Assembly: GCA_963667315.1 (NCBI GenBank)
Contig: OY763325.1
Coordinates: 363,378-427,377 of the forward strand
Reading direction: 5' to 3'
DNA from: an uncultured Thermotogae bacterium
GTDB lineage: Bacteria; Thermotogota; Thermotogae; MWEM01
Length of the DNA stretch: 64,000 nucleotides
Numbering within the stretch: the first letter of the stretch is position 1; every line of letters begins with the position of its first letter. The notes beneath the pieces were generated by a model, which saw nothing but the letters and a program-made list of their open reading frames with translations, was not told the origin of the DNA and made no database searches. This document shows, piece by piece, positions 10,053 through 18,755 of the stretch. A program made the position numbers and the translations under genes.

Positions 10053-10939
10053 TCTTCATCACCTAATCTTTGCATCTCCAGGTCAATTAAATCTTTTAAT
10101 TCATCCGAGGCTTCCGTTAAAGGCAATCTTAAGACATTTTCGCAATATCCGAGTTTTGAAACGGCATATTTTACAGGAATAGGATTAACATCCTTAAAGA
10201 GAAGAGTCATAAAGTTCAGGTACTTTTTCTGTATTTTTCCAGCTGTCTTAAAATCTCCGTTTAATGACAGCATTATCAACTTATGCATAATATCCGGGAA
10301 GACGTTTGAAAAGACCGATATTACACCATCCCCTCCAAGACTGATTAATGGCAGTGCCTGATCATCGTTACCGGAATATAATCTCAACCCTTCCGGTTTC
10401 ATTGATGCGAGTCTTGTCATCTGAGAGATATCACCGCTGGCTTCTTTTATACCAATGATTTTTCGGCAGTCTTTATAGATTTTTATAACGGTTTCCGGAA
10501 GTAAATTAACACCCGTTCTTGATGGAACGTTATAAAGAATGGAAGGGAGGTTGGTCTTATCATCTATCATTTTAAAATGTCTGAAAAGTCCTTCCTGACT
10601 TGATTTATTATAATATGGTGTGACAAGTAACAAACCATCCGCCCCGAGTGTTTCAGCACTGAGGCTCCATTCAATACATTTTTCCGTATCGTTTGTTCCT
10701 GTCCCGGCAATGACCGGAACCCTTCCGTTAACTGTGTCAACAACTGTTTTGATAATCAAGTCCCTTTCTTTTTCTTTAAAAACGGGCGCTTCACCGGTAG
10801 TGCCAAGAACAATGATTGCGTCAACTTTTTGTCCTATCTGGAACTCACAAAATCGGCTTAAAGCGTCATAATCCACTTCGTTTTTTTCATTTATTCTCCG
10901 CATTGGCGTAATTATTGCGGTACCGACACCTTGAAACAT
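10049..10939 (-). CDS. dapA: 4-hydroxy-tetrahydrodipicolinate synthase
   Basis: 296 aa; GVGTAIITPM N-terminus, GTTGE motif and active-site Lys region (IIGIKEASGD) of the DapA/NAL aldolase family. Confidence 0.9.
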   Translation of the reverse strand: MFQGVGTAIITPMRRINEKNEVDYDALSRFCEFQIGQKVDAIIVLGTTGEAPVFKEKERDLIIKTVVDTVNGRVPVIAGTGTNDTEKCIEWSLSAETLGADGLLLVTPYYNKSSQEGLFRHFKMIDDKTNLPSILYNVPSRTGVNLLPETVIKIYKDCRKIIGIKEASGDISQMTRLASMKPEGLRLYSGNDDQALPLISLGGDGVISVFSNVFPDIMHKLIMLSLNGDFKTAGKIQKKYLNFMTLLFKDVNPIPVKYAVSKLGYCENVLRLPLTEASDELKDLIDLEMQRLGDEE

Positions 10940-10941
10940 GT

Positions 10942-11931
10942 TTATCCACCTCCGTTTATCCTGTGATGTTCCAATAATATTCTGACTGCATTTGTAGCAG
11001 CTCCAACTCTTATGTTATCCGCAACGACCCAAATCATAAAGGTATTTTTATCCATCTTTCTGATTCTGGAGATATATGTAGTATCTGTACCGGCTGCATC
11101 TATGGGGGTTATCAACTCTTCAGAACAAATTACACCCGGTGTTTTTGAGACCTTTTTGATAAAGGTTTCCTTATCGATATCTTCCCTCAATTTGATCAAC
11201 ACTGATTCACCATGAGAATATCTCGTCGCGACTCTTGCTGTAAAGGGATAAACTGTTATAGACTCATCCCTGAAAATCTTTCTCGTTTCATTGACCATCT
11301 TATAATCTTCGTTACTGATTCCGCTATCATCTTCTATCGCCCCGATTAACGGGATGACATTTTCTGCTATTTGTTTTGGGAAAACGGCGTTCTCCTGATA
11401 GATTTCTTTTCCTTTTGCCGATAATTCGTTATCATACACATTCAAGGCCTTTTTCCCAGCTCCCGAAATTGATTGATAGGTTGAAACGACAATCTCGTTT
11501 ATTCCGAATTCACGAAGCCCGTTCAATGCAAGAACCATCTGTATCGTTGAGCAGTTTGGATTTGCGACGATTCCACTGTAGTTTTTCAGAAGATCCCCGT
11601 TTATTTCCGGAACAACAAGCGGGATTTCTTTTAAACTTCTGAAGGCAGAAGAATTATCTATTATTGTATTTCCTACCTTTGCAGCAACCGGTGAAAATCT
11701 TTTGGAAGTTCCACCACCTGCAGAAAATAGCAGATAATCGTATTTTTCCTTCATGACATCATCCGTTAGTTCTTCGACTATATATTCTTTTCCGTTAAAT
11801 TTTAATTTTTCTCCTTTCGATCTGGCGGACGCAAATACTCTCAGTTCCTTTACCGGTACCTTGTATTCCTCCATAACCTTTAACATCATTCTACCTACTT
11901 CTCCAGTAGCTCCTGCAACACCAATTTTCAT
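10942..11931 (-). CDS. asd: aspartate-semialdehyde dehydrogenase
   Basis: 329 aa; MKIGVAGATGEVG NAD-binding N-terminus and the catalytic-Cys region (ANPNCSTIQMV); first gene of the operon, GGAGGTG RBS upstream. Confidence 0.9.
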   Translation of the reverse strand: MKIGVAGATGEVGRMMLKVMEEYKVPVKELRVFASARSKGEKLKFNGKEYIVEELTDDVMKEKYDYLLFSAGGGTSKRFSPVAAKVGNTIIDNSSAFRSLKEIPLVVPEINGDLLKNYSGIVANPNCSTIQMVLALNGLREFGINEIVVSTYQSISGAGKKALNVYDNELSAKGKEIYQENAVFPKQIAENVIPLIGAIEDDSGISNEDYKMVNETRKIFRDESITVYPFTARVATRYSHGESVLIKLREDIDKETFIKKVSKTPGVICSEELITPIDAAGTDTTYISRIRKMDKNTFMIWVVADNIRVGAATNAVRILLEHHRINGGG

Positions 11932-11949
11932 CTGTCCACCTCCGAAAAA

Positions 11950-11980
11950 TTTAATAAAAAAAAGACGCTATTAAGCGTCT
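11950..11980 (-). terminator. riboswitch expression-platform terminator (hairpin AGACGCU-UAAU-AGCGUCU plus U8)
   Basis: On the minus strand: AGACGCTTAATAGCGTCTTTTTTTTATT about 20 nt upstream of the asd RBS. The 5' arm GACGCT is also complementary to AGCGTC in the 3' strand of the aptamer closing helix, giving an alternative antiterminator pairing. Confidence 0.6.
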
Positions 11981-12054
11981 CTGTCTATATAGGTTCTCAA
12001 TCAAGAATCTATCCTGCCTCATTAACGGATACAATTAATCAATCCGAATGAACC

Positions 12055-12225
12055 AATACCAACCGACGCTCCACGAATTTCGTGACAGTAATATGAGTAT
12101 TTCTCATATTCCCAGGAATACATTTCTTTTGGGGGAGATTTGTATCCTTCGGTGATCTCGCCTTTCGATCCGAACGTTCCCCGTTTCATGTTCAGACTTA
12201 CTGATCTCGACCACGCCTCCGATTA
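12055..12225 (-). promoter_or_regulatory. lysine riboswitch (L-box) aptamer in the asd operon leader
   Basis: Minus-strand sequence carries the conserved L-box blocks in the correct order: GGAGGCG ... GAAACGGGGAACG ... CACCGAAGG ... CUGUCACG ... UGGAGCGUC (compare B. subtilis lysC leader AGAGGUGC ... GAAAGGGGAGCG ... GCCGAAG ... CUGUCAAG ... UGGAGGGCU). Confidence 0.75.
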
Positions 12226-12253
12226 TTATATTCAATTTTCAAACGCACCATTC
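12225..12253 (-). promoter_or_regulatory. putative promoter of the riboswitch-asd operon (-10 TATAAT)
   Basis: TATAAT on the minus strand at 12230-12225, a few nt upstream of the riboswitch 5' end; no convincing -35 hexamer. Confidence 0.35.
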
Positions 12254-12529
12254 CCATGGCGACGCATCAGTATAACATGAAATTGTAAAAAAACAAAATG
12301 AATAGTTATTTGTTGAAATGTAAGGTATTTGAAAAGAAAAAAATTTATGACTTGTTTGGAAAAAAATTACAAACTTTATTGAATAATAACAGGATATGAT
12401 TGTAAATAATATCCGAATGAAAAGAAACAATGTTATCATTATAGTAGAGGATCTTTTTTTAAAACTCGTGATATCGTTTTATTCGTTCTCGATTTATAAC
12501 ACTTCTAAATCTATTGGAGGTGAATTATA

Positions 12530-13807
12530 ATGAAGAAGAGTCTCTTAGTGTTCTTGTTGTTGATATTGACGGTCTTTTTTGTTTTCATAATCGTATCCTG
12601 TGCCGGAGGGGTAATCGGGTTTAACCTGACTCAGGCAAAAGCAGCCTTTGTTACCTGGATAGGGAACCAGGCGGGGGTCCCACCGGAGGCAGTTGGTGCT
12701 TATGTCGGAGCTTTTAATGCGGGAGATCTCATTTCATCTGAAAATCCGGCACCTGTTGCGGGAATTTCACCGAGACAGTCTCCTCCCATGACGGAAGCGG
12801 GGTGGCTTTTTTACCTTGATGAGCAGCCCGGAGCATTTTACTCTCATCCCGGTAAAATCTTTGCTGTCGGTCAAAGTGGTCAGATTTTATTCAGTGAAAA
12901 TACGCAAGGGTGGCCAACCATTAATGGGACACCGCCTGATTATGTTTTGGAAAAAGCGAGTACGAGAATTGCCAGTGAAACAAATACAATTACAGTCTAC
13001 AATCCTTCGCATGTGTATGTACCGGTAGGGATCATCAGATGGCCAGGTGTTATTGCCCATTTAATCAGAAGCGGTGCTGTGGTCACAAATGGTTTGACAC
13101 CAACTCAGAGTTTGTACTATGAAGCCTCTCAGGCGCATGATATGATGACGAATGCGATGGAGGACCTTATGGGTGTAACATATGTTCAGGCGGTGGATTA
13201 TCCGGATAATACCCCTACAGATGTGGCAAGTGCCGTCAGCTATCTCGTCAACACGATGAAAGTATCCAATATTACGATGTATTTTATCGCGCATGGAAAT
13301 ATTGAACTGATGAACGTTGGCGGCGTGTATTATTACGCATCGACTCTTAAAGCCCTTATCGATACCTATCCGAATGTTCGATTCAATCTGATTTTTGAAA
13401 CCTGTCATGGTGGAAGCTGGACAGATTATTTCCAGACACTTGGAGCGGCTGGGGTACCGAATGTTGATATGAGTATTTCATCCACATCCAGGACGAAGGG
13501 GGCATACCCGGACTGGGACTACAGTAGTGGCCTGACGGATTACAATGCCGCACAGGATGAATTTGTGGAATTTACGAGCGATTTCATCCTTCAGATGGAA
13601 TACTATACAGCGACAGCCAACTGGCCTACAGTAACCGGATTAACGACGCCCGCTTTGGCGAATAATAAACTGAGACTTTATTATTTATGTTTTACAAATG
13701 CGAGAAACAGGAATTATCCCGTTGCCGGTACACCGTCATCGGATTCCTATGTTTTGACTGAACGTACACCTATCAGTATTCAGGAACCACAGATCTACTA
13801 TCAATGA
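12530..13807 (+). CDS. secreted lipoprotein with a clan-CD (legumain/C13-like) cysteine-peptidase His...Cys motif pair
   Basis: 425 aa; signal peptide with lipobox (IIVSCAGG); YFIAHGN (candidate catalytic His-Gly) and IFETCHGGSWTDYF (candidate catalytic Cys), spaced as in legumain (HG ... E-A-C-E-S-G-S) and caspase-like clan CD; GGAGGTG RBS. Confidence 0.65.
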   Translation: MKKSLLVFLLLILTVFFVFIIVSCAGGVIGFNLTQAKAAFVTWIGNQAGVPPEAVGAYVGAFNAGDLISSENPAPVAGISPRQSPPMTEAGWLFYLDEQPGAFYSHPGKIFAVGQSGQILFSENTQGWPTINGTPPDYVLEKASTRIASETNTITVYNPSHVYVPVGIIRWPGVIAHLIRSGAVVTNGLTPTQSLYYEASQAHDMMTNAMEDLMGVTYVQAVDYPDNTPTDVASAVSYLVNTMKVSNITMYFIAHGNIELMNVGGVYYYASTLKALIDTYPNVRFNLIFETCHGGSWTDYFQTLGAAGVPNVDMSISSTSRTKGAYPDWDYSSGLTDYNAAQDEFVEFTSDFILQMEYYTATANWPTVTGLTTPALANNKLRLYYLCFTNARNRNYPVAGTPSSDSYVLTERTPISIQEPQIYYQ

Positions 13808-13828
13808 TCATGCGATAGATTAAAAAAT

Positions 13829-13875
13829 CCTCCGTATTATCTTATGAATGATACTTACATAATTGAATACGGAGG
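13829..13875 (+). promoter_or_regulatory. 10-bp perfect hairpin whose 3' arm contains the Shine-Dalgarno of the second peptidase gene
   Basis: cctccgtatt (13829-13838) pairs with aatacggagg (13866-13875) across a 27-nt loop; GGAGG at 13871-13875 is the RBS for the ATG at 13884. Confidence 0.4.
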
Positions 13876-13883
13876 TGTTTTAG

Positions 13884-15128
13884 ATGAAAGGTTTAAAAGT
13901 AATGATCGTACTTGTTGTTTTTTCATTGGCGGTAATAATGGTTTCTTGTAGTGGTGGACTTGCAGGTGGCGTTAACATACAATTCGAGCTTGCAAAGCAG
14001 ACGTTCCTTGATTGGGCAGAAGCAGAAGCGGATCCCCACAGTGTGGGGATAGTCATCGGAGAGGTAAAAGCCGGTGATACGGTTGGCTCTGAGACGGTTG
14101 GTGTATTACAGTTGTTATCTTCCGAAAGGGGAACTCAGTTAAAGAAGGATGGTTGGGTATTTTACCTTGATGAGGCTCCGGGAGCCTTTTATTCCCATCC
14201 CGGTAGGATATTGGTTATAGACGGATCCGGTGAGATTTTGCACGAATCGGAAACAAATGGCTGGCCAACGGTTAATGGAGAAACACCAGATGTTATGAAA
14301 CTGTCTTTGAATGAAAGATTTTCAGCTGTACATGCTATCTGGAATCCAAGGAAAATCCTGATTCCGGTCTATACAATGATCAACCCCAATATCATCATGT
14401 ATTTAAGAACGCATGGTGCAGTTGTTGTCCAGGGGCTGACACCAAGTCAGAATCTTTATTCTGAAGCTGGTGATGCACATGATGATATGGTGACCGCTAT
14501 GAATGGATTGATGGGGGTATCAAATGTAACAGCGGTGGATTATCCGAATAATTCGCCATCGGATGTTGAATCTGCTGTTGAAGCGCTTCTAGACTCTTCT
14601 GCTATGATGCAAAATATAACACTTTATTTTATCGCACACGGGAATTATCAATACATGAATATCGGAGGGTATGGCTTTACCGCAGGGATGTTAAAAAATA
14701 TGATGGATGAATACCCTGATATTCACTTCTCGGTTATTATTGAAACCTGTCATGGCGGAAGCTGGACGGATTATTTTGCTGCACTCAGTCCGCAGCAGGC
14801 AAATCTGGATATGTTTATTTCCTCTACAAGTGCCGATAAAAGTGCATATCCTGATTATGACAGTTATTATGGGGTTTCAGATCATAACGGGGCAGAAGAT
14901 CAGCATGTAGAGTTTACAAGTGATTTCATTCTTCAGATGGAATACTATACCGATCCGTCAAACTGGCCAACCGTTACCGGGATGACATATCCAACATTCT
15001 CAAATAATTATTTAAAATTATATTATTTGGCATATAAAAAGGTTATTTCGAATAATCCTTCAGCGAATTCATTGGTTATATTTCAGCGAACACCGCTATT
15101 CTTCCAATCCCCTCAGATTCATTTCTGA
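13884..15128 (+). CDS. paralogous clan-CD (legumain/C13-like) peptidase lipoprotein
   Basis: 414 aa; lipobox IMVSCSGG; shares long blocks with the upstream gene: FYLDEAPGAFYSHPGRI, GWPTVNG, YFIAHGN, ETCHGGSWTDYF, EFTSDFILQMEYYT. Confidence 0.65.
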   Translation: MKGLKVMIVLVVFSLAVIMVSCSGGLAGGVNIQFELAKQTFLDWAEAEADPHSVGIVIGEVKAGDTVGSETVGVLQLLSSERGTQLKKDGWVFYLDEAPGAFYSHPGRILVIDGSGEILHESETNGWPTVNGETPDVMKLSLNERFSAVHAIWNPRKILIPVYTMINPNIIMYLRTHGAVVVQGLTPSQNLYSEAGDAHDDMVTAMNGLMGVSNVTAVDYPNNSPSDVESAVEALLDSSAMMQNITLYFIAHGNYQYMNIGGYGFTAGMLKNMMDEYPDIHFSVIIETCHGGSWTDYFAALSPQQANLDMFISSTSADKSAYPDYDSYYGVSDHNGAEDQHVEFTSDFILQMEYYTDPSNWPTVTGMTYPTFSNNYLKLYYLAYKKVISNNPSANSLVIFQRTPLFFQSPQIHF

Positions 15129-15164
15129 AAATAAAAACGGGCGAATTGCCCGTTTTTATTTTTG
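15128..15164. terminator. bidirectional intrinsic terminator
   Basis: aacgggc-gaatt-gcccgtt hairpin (15136-15154) flanked by an A-run on the left and ttttatttt on the right, between convergent genes. Confidence 0.7.
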
Positions 15165-15181
15165 AATCCATTCACTTTCGC

Positions 15182-15910
15182 TTAATAATAAAGTTTTACC
15201 TTTCGATTTTTTATTTCGTGAGAATATGAATTTTCGGCTGTTTTACGCGTATGAACGATGACATGTTCTCCGTATGTGGTTTCTTTTTTATAATACAGTT
15301 TGATATGTTTGACGATATGTGTGTCGGTAAAGTTTAAAGGAAGAGATTCATAGATCCATAAAGGATATATGGCATTATTGACATGATGATAATAATCAAC
15401 ATCGAATTTTCTGATTTCAAACGCCTTTGAAAAATCACTGTTGTCAACATCAAATGCTTGCGGGTTATTAATTTCAAAAGGGGCTTCCGTTGACGTGACC
15501 CCGTAAAGATCATACATATAGCTTCTTGCTGAGGTCGGTCTGCGTTTTTCAACATTAAAAAGAATCCATTTTGATTTTGCCGAGGTGATCAGTTTATTGT
15601 TTTCATCATAGATTAAAAATTCTCTAAAAGCAATAAAACGATCGATTGCATGTGCAATTGTTTGGACATGGATGTGTTCTCCGTATTTCGGATATCTTTT
15701 GACATCTATTTCCCAATTTAATATAACCCATGCAATGGATTCCTCTTTCAGGATATCTTTTTCCTGTTCATAATATTTACCCGCCAGACGAGCCATTTCA
15801 CTGAAATAATTGATGATACTGACAATGTTTGCCTGGTTTTTATAAAATGTGTCTCTGTAACCCACTCTGAACTTCTCACTCACTTTTTGATTTATAATGA
15901 TCACCTGCAT
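15182..15910 (-). CDS. acyl-ACP thioesterase (tandem hotdog fold)
   Basis: 242 aa; two hotdog-like halves, the second with the D-x-x-H-V-N-N-x-x-Y motif (FDVDYYHHVNNAIYPLW) typical of FatA/FatB-type acyl-ACP thioesterases. Confidence 0.65.
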   Translation of the reverse strand: MQVIIINQKVSEKFRVGYRDTFYKNQANIVSIINYFSEMARLAGKYYEQEKDILKEESIAWVILNWEIDVKRYPKYGEHIHVQTIAHAIDRFIAFREFLIYDENNKLITSAKSKWILFNVEKRRPTSARSYMYDLYGVTSTEAPFEINNPQAFDVDNSDFSKAFEIRKFDVDYYHHVNNAIYPLWIYESLPLNFTDTHIVKHIKLYYKKETTYGEHVIVHTRKTAENSYSHEIKNRKVKLYY

Positions 15911-17147
15911 TTTTAAGTTTAAGAAATGGAAAAGTCAACAAAATTAAAATGGCAAAGAGTATCAGACCGATGCCGATACCGAATTGATCTGCCAGGAAAC
16001 CTATCAATGGTGAAAATAAGGCTATTAAAAGGGTTGTTAATTGAGATTCGATAGACAATCCTGTTGACAACTTCTCTTCAGGAATTATATCACTGATCAG
16101 TGATACGTTTAAAGGCCTTCGCAAATTCTGGATGATAAATATGAGAAGAAACATGATAACAGCCCCTATTTCAAATGAAAGAACATTAAAAATTCCAGCG
16201 AAAAGTATAAAAACTATCCCTGCAATCATCGTCAGGTTTAAGGCATGATGAAGGGTCTTCATTCTTTTCTGAATGAGATACGCATATTTTGAAGAGTAGG
16301 AGGTTAAAAGATAAATGAAGAAATACGTTAACCCCAGAATGAACGCAGTTTTCTTTTCTGAGTTGATCGGGATGAAAAAAGGAATTGAAACGGCAAAGAT
16401 TTCTAGTATTGGCTGAAGGAAATCTTTAGAAGATTTAAAAAAAGCACTGAAGACTGAGGAATTTAAATAGACGCGAAGATATTCGGATTTTCTGAGGTCT
16501 GATAATGGCTTTATAATTTCTTTAAGTGTTGCTCTTTTTGTTCTTTTCCGTATCACATCATCCAATTGGCTTGGATAGGTTAAAAGATTGAACAGATTTA
16601 TAATATACGGCACAATTGCCGCGAGAAAAACGATTCTGTAATTTCCTGTAAAAAACACAAGTGAAGCGGCGATTAAGGAATTTATTGCCGATCCTTTCTG
16701 TGAAAAACTCCTGGTTAATCCATAATATTGGACTTTTGCCGATTCCTTTTTAGTGAGTTTTAAATAACTCAGGATTAACGATTTATGAGTACCTGATCGT
16801 AAGGCTTCTCCAAAACCAAAGAAAATCATTGCAAAGATGTAAAGAACCATGTTCTGTGTAGTGAAGAAAATAATGAAAGAAACGATATAAGCGATCATAG
16901 AGAAAACCATGGTTATTTTTCTTCCAACATAATCCGCTAAAATACCGGTTGGGATTTCTGTCAGATTAGTCGATAATTCTCGGATCATGTATAGGATACC
17001 AATATTTAGAAATGAAAAACCCTGGTCACGGAAGAATAATATCATGAACGGTTCGAAGAACCTCAAATTTTTCAGAAATCCATACAGGGCAAATTTATAA
17101 AACTGTTTATCACGTTCAAATGATTCATTTTTCAAATTTATCACCAC
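15876..17147 (-). CDS. MFS transporter
   Basis: 423 aa, about 12 predicted TM helices; MFS signature in loop 2-3 (GILADYVGRK). Confidence 0.85.
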   Translation of the reverse strand: MVINLKNESFERDKQFYKFALYGFLKNLRFFEPFMILFFRDQGFSFLNIGILYMIRELSTNLTEIPTGILADYVGRKITMVFSMIAYIVSFIIFFTTQNMVLYIFAMIFFGFGEALRSGTHKSLILSYLKLTKKESAKVQYYGLTRSFSQKGSAINSLIAASLVFFTGNYRIVFLAAIVPYIINLFNLLTYPSQLDDVIRKRTKRATLKEIIKPLSDLRKSEYLRVYLNSSVFSAFFKSSKDFLQPILEIFAVSIPFFIPINSEKKTAFILGLTYFFIYLLTSYSSKYAYLIQKRMKTLHHALNLTMIAGIVFILFAGIFNVLSFEIGAVIMFLLIFIIQNLRRPLNVSLISDIIPEEKLSTGLSIESQLTTLLIALFSPLIGFLADQFGIGIGLILFAILILLTFPFLKLKNAGDHYKSKSE

Positions 17148-17256
17148 CTGAAATCAGCAGATGATTATAACATGTTGTGCCCTTATGTTGACAATCCATC
17201 TTGTTTATGATACCATCATATTAATCGATAGTATTCGTATCGAAATTTCTATTTTT

Positions 17257-17466
17257 AAGGAGGGCGATCCCGATATGATTATAATATGTGTGTTTGGACA
17301 TGTTATGTCAGGAATAGATGAAAACTGTATTGGGATAATGCCGTCTGTTTTCATGTAGAAACCGATTTGTTTTAATTATAAATTGTACATAAGGACCACG
17401 GTGTTAAAAATCAGACGACAGTCTGAATTTTTTTTGCGATTATATCGTATACGCCGTGGTCTTTTT
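17257..17466 (+). promoter_or_regulatory. putative leader peptide (27 codons, 17275-17358) plus terminator-like hairpins in the 5' leader of the MFS gene
   Basis: AAGGAGG (17257-17263), then ATG at 17275 encoding MIIICVFGHVMSGIDENCIGIMPSVFM and a stop at 17356. Downstream: tcagac-gaca-gtctga hairpin plus T8 (17411-17436), nested inside an 8-bp outer stem gaccacgg/ccgtggtc (17394-17401 / 17454-17461) followed by a T-run, then the GGAGG RBS of the transporter. Confidence 0.35.
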
Positions 17467-17480
17467 AATTGGAGGAAATA

Positions 17481-18728
17481 ATGAACACGATAAAGAAAAA
17501 GTTAAAGCATAATATTGGGAAAAATTATTTATTCACATTTGTGAAGAGTATTGACTTTACGAGGGGGCTTTGGATGCTTTATCTCGCATTCAGAGGAATG
17601 AGTCTGCTGGAAATTGGGGCACTTGAAGGAATATTTCATATTACATCACTGTTGATGGAAGTGCCGACGGGTGCTGTAGCCGATCTTATGGGGAGGAAAT
17701 TAAGCCGGGTTATGGGAATGATCATCAGTCTTTGTTCCCTTTTCATCCTGATGTTTTCTGATTCATTCTGGCTATTTGCACTTTCTTTTGTTTTTTCAGC
17801 CTTGTCCTATAATTTGGATTCGGGTTCAGGTGAAGCACTGGTTTATGATTCGATGAAGTCTTTGGGGGAAGAGAAAGGGTATACAAAAGTGCTTGGGAGA
17901 AATGAAGCGATCTTCAATATTGCATCCATTTTATCATTATTTATTGGTGGAATGCTTGGAGAAGAAAGTTTTATGCTGGCGTATACATGTTCTGCAGTGG
18001 TTGGGATCATTTCCCTGATTATTTCAACGACTTTCTATGAACCGCCTATTGAAAAAATAGTCAATTCTGAACACTCTTTAAAGAATTTTTTTATTCATAC
18101 CTATAAAAGTTTTAAGACACTCTTCTCGAATGGGGAAGTAGCTTTTCTAACCGTCTTTACAACGATATTTTCCGCTTTTGCGACGGTTATCTTCTTTTAT
18201 ATTCAGAATTATTGGAGAAGCGAAGGTATTAGTGTTTCTCAGGTTGGTATATTTCTGGCCATTGGATCCGGTGTATGTGCATTGAGTACGATAAATATGG
18301 AGAGAATCGAGTCTTTTCTCAGAAAGAGGAAGTGGTCGGTAATTTCAGAATATCCGTTCTTATTCTTCGGCCTGATGATATTTTCAGGGATATTTGGCTT
18401 GGCAATACTTGGGATTTTCAGGAATATCACACTATTATCCTTGATTTTTCTGGTCTTTACAATGGTTGGGGAATCAGGTATGTATGTTATGTTTAACAGT
18501 TTTTTAAATAAGCATATTCCTTCTCATCAGAGAGCAACGATTATCTCGATAGACAGTATGTTGTTTAGTATTTCAATGATCGGTGTTTTTCCCTTTTTTG
18601 GATGGATTGCAGATGCGTTTTCCTTTTATCACGCCTTTATCGTTTTGATTTTTATATCACTTGCATTATTAATTCCATCAGGATTTATCATCAGGAAGTT
18701 TTTGAGAAAAAGAGTTGTCAATGTATAA
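17481..18728 (+). CDS. MFS transporter (paralogue of the divergent upstream MFS gene)
   Basis: ATG at 17481 with GGAGG at 17471-17475 (the ORF-track start at 17469 is TTG); about 12 TM helices; GAVADLMGRK signature. Confidence 0.85.
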   Translation: MNTIKKKLKHNIGKNYLFTFVKSIDFTRGLWMLYLAFRGMSLLEIGALEGIFHITSLLMEVPTGAVADLMGRKLSRVMGMIISLCSLFILMFSDSFWLFALSFVFSALSYNLDSGSGEALVYDSMKSLGEEKGYTKVLGRNEAIFNIASILSLFIGGMLGEESFMLAYTCSAVVGIISLIISTTFYEPPIEKIVNSEHSLKNFFIHTYKSFKTLFSNGEVAFLTVFTTIFSAFATVIFFYIQNYWRSEGISVSQVGIFLAIGSGVCALSTINMERIESFLRKRKWSVISEYPFLFFGLMIFSGIFGLAILGIFRNITLLSLIFLVFTMVGESGMYVMFNSFLNKHIPSHQRATIISIDSMLFSISMIGVFPFFGWIADAFSFYHAFIVLIFISLALLIPSGFIIRKFLRKRVVNV

Positions 18729-18755
18729 TAATATAAACAAATGGAGGTGTAAGGT

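Noticed and set aside
12239-12439. 66-aa minus-strand ORF
   Set aside because: Falls in the AT-rich promoter region between the riboswitch and the first peptidase gene; no RBS, implausible composition.
17161-17358. 65-aa + strand ORF as a conventional protein-coding gene
   Set aside because: Its 5' part has no start context; only the last 27 codons (from ATG 17275 with AAGGAGG) look translatable, and these are reinterpreted as a possible leader peptide.
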